A stretch of 64,000 nt of DNA from contig CAWHIJ010000003.1 in the NCBI GenBank assembly GCA_963829525.1, forward strand, positions 1,568,001 through 1,632,000, read 5' to 3'. The notes beneath the pieces were generated by a model. It did not search any database. It was not told where the DNA came from and was given only the letters and a program-made list of their open reading frames with translations. Below are positions 8,180 through 18,875 of this stretch, in pieces. The translations under genes and the position numbers were made by a program. Numbering within the stretch: position 1 is the first letter of the stretch; each line of letters opens with the position of its first letter. Source of the DNA: an uncultured Actinomycetota bacterium. GTDB lineage: Bacteria; Actinomycetota; Actinomycetes; JAHEKZ01.

Positions 8180-10617
8180 TTATCCGGTTGGCGCTTGCTG
8201 ACGTGACTTCGGCGTTCGCCAGTGCTGCCAGCGATCGGCCAGCCACTCGGCTGCGTGGTTCCGCCGTCGGCAAGGGCCAAGCGTCCAGAGGTGGGCCACC
8301 AGATGGCCCGACGTCGGTCGCGGGGGGAGATAGCCGCGTACAGGTCGCCACGGATGTCGCCGGCCAGCTGCTCTGATCTGTCCGGGACGGTCAGCGCGGT
8401 CGGCGGAACCGCGGTAGCGCAAGAACTCGACCCAGCGAGCCAACTGGCGCAGCTGTGCCGCTCGGGTGGGGCTGAGCCCACCTCGGGTCGGAATACGCTC
8501 GGCCAGATCGCGTGGCGTCTCGGTCGGCAGTGGACGCAGGTCGACATCGGTCGCCGCGTCGAGGACTTCCGCCCAGGCCGCGAGTATCGCGCTGTCGATT
8601 GACCCAGCATGGCGCCACCGTGACCGACGAACCATGACCGACGCCGCCTTGGGCGCGGCGATGGCGGCACCGCCCACCGCGATGACGAAGCAGCCACAGC
8701 AGGACCGTCGAGCCGTTGCCTTGCTCGGTGTCGGTGGCGGCCGAGCTCGACCCGATCGACTGGCCGCCTCGGTTGGCTCTGAGTCACCTCACGAGGTCGG
8801 GCGTCGTCCACCGCCGTTGCTGAGAGATCCGCCGCCGCGGCGGCAGAACCACACCACCGCCATCGTCGCGCCTCCACCCGGGTTGGCGGTGCTTGTCTTC
8901 TTGGGGTACGGGTGCCCAGCTCGGCGTAGCTCCACCATCGCCACCCCCTGGTGTGGGCTCGAAGCGGACCCAGCCCACGCCTTCGAACCACAGCTCGGGC
9001 CAGGCGTGCGCGTCGTGCGTCGTGACGACCCAGGTGCCGTCGTCGTCCTGTTCGCCGGGGGTGAATCCGACCTGCACCCGGGACGGGATGTCAAGGCTTC
9101 GGGCCATCAGCGCCATCGTCGCTGCGAACTGCTCGCAATATCCGCTGCGGTCTCGCAGGAAGTCTTCTAGTGCATCTGTGGCGTTTCCTTCCACCGTGTC
9201 GAGGCTGTAGGTGAAGTTGGTGCGGAACCAGTTCTGCAGCGCAAGCGCGCGGCCGTAGTCAGTCGTTGCGTCGGCGGTGACGTCCTCGGCCAGTGGAGTC
9301 AGTCGCTCCTCGATGCCGTCGGGGAGGTCGAGCCATTGGTAGAGGCGAGTTGTTGACCGATGGGTCCGCCGGGGGTGCTGCCTGCAACTGCTCGATGGTG
9401 GGCGTGATCTCCAGAGCGGTCGCGGTGTACTCCTGACCAAAAGCCGAGCCCTCCTCCTCGGCGCTGAAGACGTCGAAGGTCTGCTCGTCCCACCTCCAGT
9501 CGCCTGCGATATCGACCTTGGTGACCGGATAGGGGAGTGGCAGTCGGGGGGTGTCGAGAGCCCCGACGGTGATGTCGTAGCTCACCGGCGTCCGCGCGAT
9601 TGCGTCGGAGAGCCCAGGGGGGCTCGGTAGACCCGCCGGAGGCCTGTTGGTCGCTGCCCGCTGCCATTTCCTCGAGCGTCCAGGTCGTGCCATTGAACTT
9701 GTCGAGGGTGGCGATGCGCAGGTACTGAGGCGTCTGGGCCGCAGTTGTGTAGAAGAGGACCGCGCTGTCGTCCTGTTGAGTCAGATTGCGCTGCAGGTCG
9801 GTGATCGGGTTGATCGTGACGACGGTGCGGGCACTTGGTGACGACGCACCGCTGCCGTCACCCCCACTGCCGTCACCAGAGCCGCCACCGAACCTGCCGT
9901 CGCCGAGGCTGGGAAGAATCACCGGGACGATGACGGCAACGGTGAGCGCTGCGGCACCCAGCCTGCGGCCCGTGCCGCCCACGGAATGCACCTTCCCGTC
10001 GGCTCCGCCATCGATAGGCCGACCCCAGCGGGACAGTTCGACACGCCCGTCCTCAAGCAGGAGCAGCAACCAGCCAATGCCTGCCGCCAGGAACAACGGC
10101 CACGGGACGCCGTCAGGCAGCACCGTTGCCGGCACGAGGTAGAGCGTTAGCAGGGGGATGCCGGCGAGTGCCGCACGTCGACCACTGACCGCAATGGCAT
10201 CGACCGCCCAGGCGATGAGCGCCACGCCACTGACCACGAGGAACTGAATCCCTGCCGTGGCGGTCACCGGCGCGGTCTCCTGCGTGATCACGGTGTTTCC
10301 GTCACGTGCGAGATCGGCGAACACTCGCCAACGTCGCCATCTGGGAGGATCGCCGAACGCCGCGGTGTCTCTGGCGAAGAGCAGCGTCAGCAGCAGCAGC
10401 AGGCCACACGCCCTGCGCAGCCACGACCACCCATGTGGGGAGACCGAGGGCCCGGCCGGCAGCTCCGATCACCGCGACTGTTGCGATGGCGATCACCGAC
10501 ATGGCGAACCACGGACCGGTGAGCGTGGGGGAGAGCGCGAATGTCGTCAGCAGCGACGGCGACAGCGGCGGCCAGGGTGGGACGTAGCTGGTGCGACAAG
10601 TTTGCTCGCCTGCTCAT
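8180..10617 (-). CDS. Transglutaminase TgpA-like membrane protein (several frameshifts)
   Basis: GYCEQFA, HAWPE, FEPTP motifs; TM segments; ATGA overlap with DUF58. Confidence 0.82.
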
Positions 10618-11897
10618 GCCGGCACCTCAGAGCCGATGGTGGCCGAGCCGGAGAACCCTCCGGAGAAACCGAGGTGGGCCCAGACGTCGACCGAGGAGCT
10701 GGCCGCGGCCGCAGCGGTACGACCGCCCACCCGGCTGCCGCCAGCAGTGCCCAGGCGTCGGCGGTGTCGGCGGAGCGTGCTCTCGCGCCATGACGCGGTG
10801 TCGAGGGTGACTGCGACCGTTGTGCCCATGCCGTGTCTGGCTCGCGCGAGCTGGTCGGCTTCCTTGACGGTGATCGCGCCGAGGACGATCACTACCAGCC
10901 CGTCACTGCCGTGGCGGACCGAGGCGGTGAGTGAGTGGATGCTCGCCGAACGTGAGGGCTGCGCTACTGCAAGGGCGTCAAGCAACATGCCGGTCGGGTC
11001 GCTGCTCGCACCGTCGTCGACGGCGCTCTTGGTCGTGAGCTCGTGCCCGTCGGCGACCAAGCGCACCGCGTAGCCGCGATGTGAAAGGTGCATTCCGATC
11101 GAGGCGGCGGCACCGACGGCACGTTCGAACGATCCCGACAGCGACTCGCCGACGTGGGCGGTCTGGCGATCATCGAGAATCACCGTTGCGCGGCTCTCCC
11201 ATGGCTGCTCCTCCCTGCGGACCATGAGCGCGCCAGACCGAGCCGTTGCGCGCCAATGCACTCGACGTAGCTCGTCGCCGTGTCGGTACTCGCGAACCGC
11301 GACATCGTCCTCTCCGGCGGCGGCGATCGAGCGGGCTCGGCTCTCACCGGTGCCCGACCAGTCGCCGGAGAGAGGAACGGAGGGGAGTGGTTCGACACGC
11401 GGCGTGACCAGCAGGTGGCGCTGTCCACTGAACGACCGGTCGAGCTGGCAGAAGCCGAACGGGTCGGTCAGCCGCACCGACAGTGGGCCGATGGGGTATC
11501 GCCCCCGTCGGTCGGCGTGCACCGTGTAGCTGACTGATCTCACGCTGAGCGGAGCCAGACGATCGACGACGAAGCGAGGCCGAGGGCCGAGGGCGGGGGG
11601 CACCGTGTCCTCGACCATGAGCAGCCCGGTGGGGAGGTGGGCGACGTTCTCCAGTCGCACGGTCACTGTGGCGGACTCGCCGGCCGGTGTCCGCGAGGGC
11701 TCAACGGTGCGGTCGGACGCGAGCCGGAAGCGAGTACGCGCGACGCTGGCAGCGGCCAGCAGGGGCAGTGCACTCGCCAGCAGGCCGACACGCATGATGT
11801 CTTGCTGGTCGAGCATCGCGGCGAGGACAAAGGCGGTCAGACCCGCCGCCAGCAGTGCCCGACCACGGGGGGTAAGCCCTGCTAGTGCGGCGCGCAC
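10614..11897 (-). CDS. DUF58 domain protein
   Basis: DPFG, VREYRHGDELRRVHWRATARSGALMVR motifs. Confidence 0.92.
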   Translation of the reverse strand: MRAALAGLTPRGRALLAAGLTAFVLAAMLDQQDIMRVGLLASALPLLAAASVARTRFRLASDRTVEPSRTPAGESATVTVRLENVAHLPTGLLMVEDTVPPALGPRPRFVVDRLAPLSVRSVSYTVHADRRGRYPIGPLSVRLTDPFGFCQLDRSFSGQRHLLVTPRVEPLPSVPLSGDWSGTGESRARSIAAAGEDDVAVREYRHGDELRRVHWRATARSGALMVRREEQPWESRATVILDDRQTAHVGESLSGSFERAVGAAASIGMHLSHRGYAVRLVADGHELTTKSAVDDGASSDPTGMLLDALAVAQPSRSASIHSLTASVRHGSDGLVVIVLGAITVKEADQLARARHGMGTTVAVTLDTASWRESTLRRHRRRLGTAGGSRVGGRTAAAAASSSVDVWAHLGFSGGFSGSATIGSEVPA

Positions 11898-11898
11898 G

Positions 11899-12896
11899 TC
11901 AGCCGGCCGGTATCGCCGTGCTGTCGACCAACGACTCCACGACCGAGACGCTGGTGCGTCGCGCGATCTGGGCCTCAGCAGTCAGCAGGAGACGATGGGC
12001 CAGAACCGGAACAGCCAGCGAGCGGACGTCGTCGGGAAGGACGAAGTCGCGGTCGTCGAGTGCTGCAGACGCCTTGGCCGCTCGGATCAGCTGGAGCGTG
12101 GCTCGCGGTGACGCACCCAATCTGAGGTCAGGGTGGCGTCGTGATGCGATGACTAGGTCGACTGCGTACCGGTGTACCTCGGTGCTGACGTGCAGGTCGC
12201 GGACCTGGTCGATCAGCGCCTGCGACGTCGGATGCCGTGGCCACGGGAACGATGTCATCAAGTGGGCGACCTGCACCGTGCACGGCGAGCATTTCCATCT
12301 CGGCCGTCCGGTCGGGATAGCCCATCGACAGTCGCGCCATGAAACGGTCCCGTTGCGCCTCTGGCAGCGGGTAGGTGCCCTCCATCTCGATGGGGTTCTG
12401 GGTCGCCACCACCATGAAGGGCGTCGCCAGTGGGTACGTCGCACCGTCGACGGTGACCTGGTGCTCCTCCATCGCCTCGAGCAGTGCCGACTGCGTCTTG
12501 GGTGACGCGCGGTTGATCTCGTCGCCGATCACGATGTTGGCGAAGACCGCTCCCGGACGGAACTCGAAGTCGCGCGTCTCCTGATTGAAGACGCTGACCC
12601 CGGTGATGTCGCTGGGCAGCAGGTCGGGAGTGAACTGGATGCGGCGAACGGTGCAGTCGAGTGCTCGGGCCAGTGACTTGGCCAGCATCGTCTTGCCGAC
12701 GCCAGGCACGTCTTCGATCAGCAGGTGCCCTTCGGCCAGCAGCGTGACCAGGGCAAGGCGGATGGCGTCTGGTTTGCCTTCGATGACGCCCGCAACAGCG
12801 TCGCCGATCTTGGCGCCGCGAGCAGACACCCCTGGCGCTTCGGGTGGAATCGCCCGCCTCTGCCGGTGAGTGCGCTGAGCCGTCGACCGCGGTCAT
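11899..12896 (-). CDS. moxR: MoxR family AAA+ ATPase (frameshifted)
   Basis: [55 protein letters not shown]. Confidence 0.92.
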
Positions 12897-13091
12897 GGCA
12901 CATCCATGGAAACGGGGTGACGGCACCGGGCCTCCTGTGGGTCGGCGGCGAACTTGCGGGACACCTCGGGATCAAGGTCTCCAGCGTAAGCCGCGCGAGG
13001 GGTAGCGGCTCGCCTCAAATCCGCCGCTCCACTTCACCCCACCGCGATGATCTGCGATTTTTCCTCTTAAGCAATCAACATACAGGTCGAT

Positions 13092-13136
13092 GTGGTTGAC
13101 GGTGGGGGAAAGTGGAGTATGGTGGCGCATCGTGGG
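13092..13136 (+). promoter_or_regulatory. dcw promoter with MraZ-binding GTGG repeats
   Basis: GTGG at 13092, 13102, 13112, 13122, 13132 (10-bp period) overlapping TTGACG (13096) and TATGGT (13118). Confidence 0.85.
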
Positions 13137-13163
13137 TCACAGCGGAGAGGGGAGGCGGAGCCG

Positions 13164-13592
13164 GTGTTCTTGGGAACGCACTACCCCAAGCTCGACGACA
13201 AGGGACGCCTCTTCCTGCCGGCCAAGTTCCGCGAGCCCCTCCAGGGGGGGCTGGTGATCACCAAAGGGCAGGAGCACTCGCTCTTCGTCTTCCCCCGCGA
13301 GGACTTCTTCGACCTCGCCCGCCGCTTCGAGAGCGCTCCTTTGTCGAGCAAGGGTGCCCGCGACTACGTCCGAGTTCTGCTGTCCGGCGCTTCCGACGAG
13401 CTCCCCGACCGCCAGGGCCGCATCACGATTCCCCCGACCCTGCGCGAGTACGCCGGGCTGAGCAAGGAGTGCGTCGTCATCGGTGCGGGCGCTCGGGTAG
13501 AGATCTGGGACTCAGCCCGATGGACGGACTACCTCGGTGCGAGTGAGGGTGCGTACGCCGACCTCGCCGAGGAGGTGCTGCCCGGCATCTGA
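13164..13592 (+). CDS. mraZ: Transcriptional regulator MraZ
   Basis: FLGTHYPKLDDKGRL, DRQGRI, RVEIW; GTG start after GGAG. Confidence 0.96.
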   Translation: MFLGTHYPKLDDKGRLFLPAKFREPLQGGLVITKGQEHSLFVFPREDFFDLARRFESAPLSSKGARDYVRVLLSGASDELPDRQGRITIPPTLREYAGLSKECVVIGAGARVEIWDSARWTDYLGASEGAYADLAEEVLPGI

Positions 13593-13611
13593 TCCCACCG
13601 TCCCTGCGGCG

Positions 13612-13698
13612 TGGTCTTCCGCCGCTCTGCTTCCTGTCGGGTTGTTCCTGGCGCACTTCCCCGGTGCCAGGCCCCGAAGCCGGAGCGGAGGAAGACCA
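13612..13698 (+). ncRNA. mraW RNA motif (cis-regulatory hairpin)
   Basis: Long hairpin TGGTCTTCC...GGAAGACCA with apical CCTGGCGC-ACTTCCCCG-GTGCCAGG; CUUCCCC loop between mraZ and rsmH. Confidence 0.85.
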
Positions 13699-13808
13699 GG
13701 CCAACAGGGCCGAACGATCTCTCGCCAGTCCCACAACAGCTCTTTCAGTCCGATCGAGTCCAGTCCAGCCCTATTCAGTCCAGTCCAGCCGCACGTGAAG
13801 GGTCGAGC

Positions 13809-14015
13809 ATGAGTGGCACGTTTGGCGTCAACCCGGTCCGCGAGGTCGGTGTCGGTGGCGTGTCGCGGCTCGTGCGGTCGGTGCCTGGATGCGTCGGGAC
13901 GCTACGACGCCGCGGAGGTCTCACGGTGCCGGTCGCGGTTCCGGTTGCGATCGCCGTCACCGTGACCGTCGTATGGATGACGGTCACAGTCGCGGGTATA
14001 TGGATCGCCGCATGA
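13809..14015 (+). CDS. Possible 68-aa leader ORF coupled to rsmH
   Basis: GAAGGG then ATG; stop overlaps the rsmH start (ATGA); hydrophobic C-terminus. Confidence 0.35.
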   Translation: MSGTFGVNPVREVGVGGVSRLVRSVPGCVGTLRRRGGLTVPVAVPVAIAVTVTVVWMTVTVAGIWIAA

Positions 14016-14959
14016 GCGAGCCGACCCACGCCCCGGTGATGTGTGACCGGGTCGTAGCGTTGCTCGCCCCGGCGTTGCAACAGCCTGGCTCGGTCCTGGT
14101 GGACGCCACGGTCGGCCTCGGTGGACATAGCGGTGCGCTGTTGCGCACCTGCCCTCAGGCGCGGCTGGTCGGGATCGACCGTGACCCAGGGGCCCTGGCC
14201 ATCGCCGGCGCCCGCCTGGCCGATGTTGCCGAGCGCACCACCTTGGTCCACGCGGTCTATGACCAGATCCCACAGGTCCTCTCCGATCTGGGTTTGGCGG
14301 GCCTTCCGAGCGTTCACGGTGTGCTCCTCGACCTCGGTGTCTCTTCCATGCAGCTCGACCAGAGGGCGCGCGGGTTCGCCTACTCCTACAACGCCCCCCT
14401 GGACATGCGAATGGACCCGACGGCTGGGCTGACCGCCGCTGATGTCGTGAACGAGTACAGCGTCGCTGAGCTCGCACGCGTCCTACGTGAGTACGGCGAA
14501 GAGCGTTTCGCAACGCGCATCGCACGCGTGATTGCTGAGCGCCGTCCCTTGGCAACGAGCTCCGAGCTGGTGGATGCGATTCGCGAGGCCATTCCAGCGC
14601 CGGCACAACGCACCGGTGGGCACCCGGCCAAACGCACGTTTCAGGCGCTGCGGATCGAGGTGAACGACGAGCTGGGTGCGCTCCGTCGCGCACTCCCGGC
14701 AGCGATCGACGCGCTGGTCGTTCACGGCCGCGTCGTTGTCATGTCGTACCAATCGCTTGAGGACCGCATCGCCAAACGAGCCATTGCCGAGTACCTCGTT
14801 GACGATGTGCCGGCCGATCTACCGGTTCCAGGACGGGGCCCCGAGCTCACCCTGCTGACCCGGGGTGCCGAGCGTCCGACCAGCGCCGAGGTCGCGGCGA
14901 ATCCCAGGGCCGCATCGGCACGGGTACGGGCAGCTGAGCGACTCAGGGAGGCGGCATGA
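14012..14959 (+). CDS. rsmH: 16S rRNA m4C1402 methyltransferase
   Basis: [37 protein letters not shown]. Confidence 0.97.
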   Translation: MSEPTHAPVMCDRVVALLAPALQQPGSVLVDATVGLGGHSGALLRTCPQARLVGIDRDPGALAIAGARLADVAERTTLVHAVYDQIPQVLSDLGLAGLPSVHGVLLDLGVSSMQLDQRARGFAYSYNAPLDMRMDPTAGLTAADVVNEYSVAELARVLREYGEERFATRIARVIAERRPLATSSELVDAIREAIPAPAQRTGGHPAKRTFQALRIEVNDELGALRRALPAAIDALVVHGRVVVMSYQSLEDRIAKRAIAEYLVDDVPADLPVPGRGPELTLLTRGAERPTSAEVAANPRAASARVRAAERLREAA

Positions 14960-15537
14960 GTACCGCCACAGCCACACCTCGATCGGGAAGCCCATCGAAA
15001 CGAGGTGCGACACCGAGGCGGCGCCCCGTCAGTCGCCCTCCCGTCCGCGTCGTCGATGCGCCGGCTGTTCGACCGGCGCGAGCCCCGTTCGTTGTTCTGG
15101 TACTGGTTCTGCTCTCACTGGGACTCGGCGCGCTCCTTCTCCTGAACACTCTGCTGGCCCAGGGCTCGTTCACCCTGCACGAACTCGACGCAAAGGTGGC
15201 CAATCTGGCCGACCAGGAGCAGGCGCTGCAGCAGAAGGCGGCTGCGCTTGCCTCGCCCAAGCGGCTCACGCGGAGTGCGACCGAGCTTGGAATGGTGGCG
15301 TCGGTGAACCCCGCATTCCTGCGCGCCGAAGACGGCAAGGTTCTCGGCGCGCCGGTTCCGGCCGCGAGCCCACCCCCCGTGGTTGGATCAGAAACCAGCA
15401 CAGCAACGGCGCAGGTCAACGAGAACTCGCAGGCTTCCCAGGACAAGCAGTCTCAGAAGTCGGAGAAGCCTCAGCAGTCTCAGCAGGATGACCAGACACA
15501 GCAGAACGACGCAGGCAACGGAGGGGCAGATCGGTGA
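14956..15537 (+). CDS. ftsL: FtsL-like cell division protein
   Basis: Single TM then coiled coil, A..LGMV; position between rsmH and ftsI. Confidence 0.8.
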   Translation: MSTATATPRSGSPSKRGATPRRRPVSRPPVRVVDAPAVRPARAPFVVLVLVLLSLGLGALLLLNTLLAQGSFTLHELDAKVANLADQEQALQQKAAALASPKRLTRSATELGMVASVNPAFLRAEDGKVLGAPVPAASPPPVVGSETSTATAQVNENSQASQDKQSQKSEKPQQSQQDDQTQQNDAGNGGADR

Positions 15538-17318
15538 CGCAGGCACGACGGCCCGCGCCAGCGACTCGGGGCTCGGCTCGCCCGGTTCGGACTCAGCGGC
15601 AAAAGCGCGCCGACCCCCGCCGCCGTCTGGTGACCGTTGGAGTCCTCGTGGCGATGGTGATGTCCCTCTTCGCAGGACGGCTCTTGCAACTGCAGGGAGT
15701 CGAGGCCGCTGCCTACGCTGCCACTGCCGAGGCCGAGCGGCTGCGAACCGTCTCGATCCCCGCGACCCGTGGGGCGATCACCGACGCCAACGGCATCGCC
15801 TTGGCCACCACGGTCGACGCGGTCAACGTCACAGCCGACCAGACACAGATCGCCGATCCCCTGGCTGTTGCGGCTGCGCTCGCGCCAGTCCTCAATGAGC
15901 CGATCAAGACCATCGCGAACAGGGTCGACGGCGACCTGCGCTTTGCCTACGTCGCCAAGGAGATCACGCCGAAGAAGTGGGACGAGATTGCTGCGCTGCG
16001 ACTTCCGGGCATCTACAGCGAGCCGACGGCCAAGCGGGTGTACCCGCAAGGCTCTCTCGGCGCTGCCCTGCTGGGATTCGTCGGAAGCGACGGCCACGGG
16101 TTGGAGGGTTTGGAGTACAGCTGGGACAAAGCTCTGGCCGGCAAAGATGGGCAAGTGACCTATGAGTCCGCCGCCGGTGGCCGTCAGATTCCGAGTGCCG
16201 ACTCCGAGACTGAGGAGTCGGTGGCCGGCGTCGATGTTCAACTGACCATCGACCGAGACATCCAGTTCATCGCTGAGCGAGCCATTCGCGCCAAGGTCAA
16301 CCAGGCGGCGGCCGACAGTGGAACCGTGGTGGCGATGGACCCACGCACCGGCGAAGTCCTCGCGATGGCCACCTACCCTTCGCTCAACCCCAGCAACCCC
16401 ACCGCGGCTGCGGACGCTGATCGAGGGAACAGAGCAGTTACCGAGATCTACGAGCCTGGAAGTACGAGCAAGGTCATGACGATGGCGGCGGCCCTCGATG
16501 CCGGAGCGGTGACGCCGAATTCGAAGATCGAGGTACCGCCAATCCTCTATCGCGGTGGCGACGACTTCCACGACCACACGCCACACGGAACGCTGCACCT
16601 GACCGCAACCGGAGTCCTCGCCGAGTCGAGCAACATCGGGATGATCCTGATCGCCGAGAAGCTCGGCAACCAGGCGCTCTACACCTACCTGCGGAAGTTC
16701 GGCATAGGGTCGACCAGCGGATTGGACTTCCCCGGCGAGAGTGCCGGGATACTGCCGAATGTCGACGACTGGGGACCGACCAATGCGGCCACGATCGCCT
16801 TCGGCCAAGGACTTTCACTGAACGCGGTGCAATCGACGTCGGTGTTTGCCACGATTGCCAACAACGGAGTGCGCGTGGAACCGACTGTCGTCGCAGGGAC
16901 TACGGCTCCAGATGGTTCGTTCACCCCTGCTCCACCTCCCGAGCGCCATCGGGTGATAAGCGCTCAGAGCGCGACCACCCTTCGAGAGATGATGGAGACC
17001 GTCGTCTCTGATGAGGGCACGGCACCGATGGCGCAGATCCCTGGATATCGGGTGGCAGGCAAGACCGGCACCGCCGAGAGAGTCGACGAGAGCTGCGGCT
17101 GCTACCGGGGATTCACGGCCTCTTTCATCGGGTTTGCCCCTGCTGACAAGCCTGCCATCGTTGTCTCAGTCACCCTGCAGGACCCGAAGAACGACCACTA
17201 CGGCGGAGTGCTCGGGGGACCTGTCTTCAAACGGGTCACATCGTTTGCGTTGCAGACCGGGCATGTTCCGCCAACGCCGAGTTCGGCGCCCTCCATGCGG
17301 CTGACTTACCGCCCCTGA
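15534..17318 (+). CDS. ftsI: Penicillin-binding protein FtsI
   Basis: RG.ITD, EPGSTSK (SxxK), SSN, KTGT. Confidence 0.96.
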   Translation: MTQARRPAPATRGSARPVRTQRQKRADPRRRLVTVGVLVAMVMSLFAGRLLQLQGVEAAAYAATAEAERLRTVSIPATRGAITDANGIALATTVDAVNVTADQTQIADPLAVAAALAPVLNEPIKTIANRVDGDLRFAYVAKEITPKKWDEIAALRLPGIYSEPTAKRVYPQGSLGAALLGFVGSDGHGLEGLEYSWDKALAGKDGQVTYESAAGGRQIPSADSETEESVAGVDVQLTIDRDIQFIAERAIRAKVNQAAADSGTVVAMDPRTGEVLAMATYPSLNPSNPTAAADADRGNRAVTEIYEPGSTSKVMTMAAALDAGAVTPNSKIEVPPILYRGGDDFHDHTPHGTLHLTATGVLAESSNIGMILIAEKLGNQALYTYLRKFGIGSTSGLDFPGESAGILPNVDDWGPTNAATIAFGQGLSLNAVQSTSVFATIANNGVRVEPTVVAGTTAPDGSFTPAPPPERHRVISAQSATTLREMMETVVSDEGTAPMAQIPGYRVAGKTGTAERVDESCGCYRGFTASFIGFAPADKPAIVVSVTLQDPKNDHYGGVLGGPVFKRVTSFALQTGHVPPTPSSAPSMRLTYRP

Positions 17319-17333
17319 AAACGGTCTTCGGCC

Positions 17334-18875
17334 ATGTCCACCAACGCGACTCGTGCCCCTCGGCCGACTCCCCGGCCGATCCCACTCAGCGACGTTTGTG
17401 CTGCCTTGTCAGTCGACCCAGGGTTGGTCGGGGACATAGTGGTCACCGGGGTAACGGTCGACTCTCGCGATGTACGCCCAGGAGACCTTTTCGTGGCGCT
17501 CTCCGGGGAGCACGCACATGGCGCCACCTTTGCGTCACAGGCTGCCGCGTCGGGGGCGGTGGCCGCGGCCACGGACGAGGCCGGTGCCTCGCTGATCGGG
17601 TCGTTGCTGCCTTGCCTTGTGGTCGATGACCTCCGCAACCGGACCGGCCAGCTCGCTGCCGAGATCTACCACCGACCCGCCGACGAGTTGCTGCTGCTCG
17701 GTGTGACCGGGACCAACGGCAAGACCACAACGACCTACCTCCTCGAGTCAGGGCTGAGAGCGGCCGGGCATCGGACCGGCATGATTGGAACGGTCGCCAC
17801 GCTGATCGATGGTGAAGCGTTCGAAACGGTGCGGACGACGCCCGAGGCCCCAGAGCTGCACGCCTTGCTTGCGGTGATGCGCGAACGTGGAGTCACTGCG
17901 GTGGCGATGGAGGTCTCCAGCCATGCGTTGGCGATGCGGCGGGTAGACGGTTGCCGCTTCGACGTCGCGGGCTTCACCCAGCTGGCGGTCGACCACCTGG
18001 ATTTCCATGGAAGTGAAGAGGCATACTTCGCCGCCAAGCAGATGCTGTTCGAGCCTTCGCGGAGCAAGGCCGCCGTGATCGCTATCGAAGACGCCGGAGG
18101 GCGGCGCATGGCGAAGGCGGCGCGAACTCCCTCGGTCACGGTCGGGACGAGCCCTTCGGCCGACTGGAGGATCGCAGACGTCCGCGAACGTCGTGGCGGA
18201 GGGTATGAGTACACGTTGTCCCCTCCGCAGGGCCCCGTTCACGTTGGTCAGGTGCGGCTCATGGGTCGTTTCAACGTGGCGAACGCTGCGCTGGCACAGG
18301 TGATGCTCATGGTGGCCGGCATCGATCCTGTCGCAGCCGCAAGTGGAGTGGAGAAGTGCCGAGGAGTTCCGGGTCGAATGGAGCGGATCGGGCCAGATGA
18401 GGTTGCTTTGGTTGTGGACTATGCGCATACCGCCGATGCGCTGGGCCGGGCGATCGATGCAGTGACCCCCGATGGCGGTGGTCAGGTCATTGTCGTGTTC
18501 GGGTGTGGCGGAGACCGCGACCCAGGTAAGCGCGAACCAATGGGAGCGGTGGCCGCTGCCCGTGCTGCCATCGTTGTGGTGACCGATGACAACCCACGCT
18601 CGGAGCGTCCTGAGCTCATCCGGCAGGCTGTCCTTGCTGGCACCGAACAGGTGCCGGCCTCAGAACGTGCCGAGGTGATCGAGGTTGACGGCCGTAGGGC
18701 TGCCCTGGATCTGGCGGTCAGCCGGGCGCGACCGGGGGACGTCGTCCTCGTTGCTGGCAAGGGTCATGAAACGGGGCAGGAGGTCGGATCGGTGGTCATG
18801 CCCTTCGACGACCGAGTTGAGGTACTCGCCGCGTGGGTCGGCATTCACGGAGCGACGGCTGGGGGTCAGGAGTGA
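17334..18875 (+). CDS. murE: UDP-MurNAc-dipeptide diaminopimelate ligase
   Basis: [33 protein letters not shown]. Confidence 0.97.
   Translation: MSTNATRAPRPTPRPIPLSDVCAALSVDPGLVGDIVVTGVTVDSRDVRPGDLFVALSGEHAHGATFASQAAASGAVAAATDEAGASLIGSLLPCLVVDDLRNRTGQLAAEIYHRPADELLLLGVTGTNGKTTTTYLLESGLRAAGHRTGMIGTVATLIDGEAFETVRTTPEAPELHALLAVMRERGVTAVAMEVSSHALAMRRVDGCRFDVAGFTQLAVDHLDFHGSEEAYFAAKQMLFEPSRSKAAVIAIEDAGGRRMAKAARTPSVTVGTSPSADWRIADVRERRGGGYEYTLSPPQGPVHVGQVRLMGRFNVANAALAQVMLMVAGIDPVAAASGVEKCRGVPGRMERIGPDEVALVVDYAHTADALGRAIDAVTPDGGGQVIVVFGCGGDRDPGKREPMGAVAAARAAIVVVTDDNPRSERPELIRQAVLAGTEQVPASERAEVIEVDGRRAALDLAVSRARPGDVVLVAGKGHETGQEVGSVVMPFDDRVEVLAAWVGIHGATAGGQE

Noticed and set aside
8180-12896. MoxR-DUF58-transglutaminase as a novel system
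   Set aside because: Widespread known gene triad, commonly next to mraZ in actinobacteria
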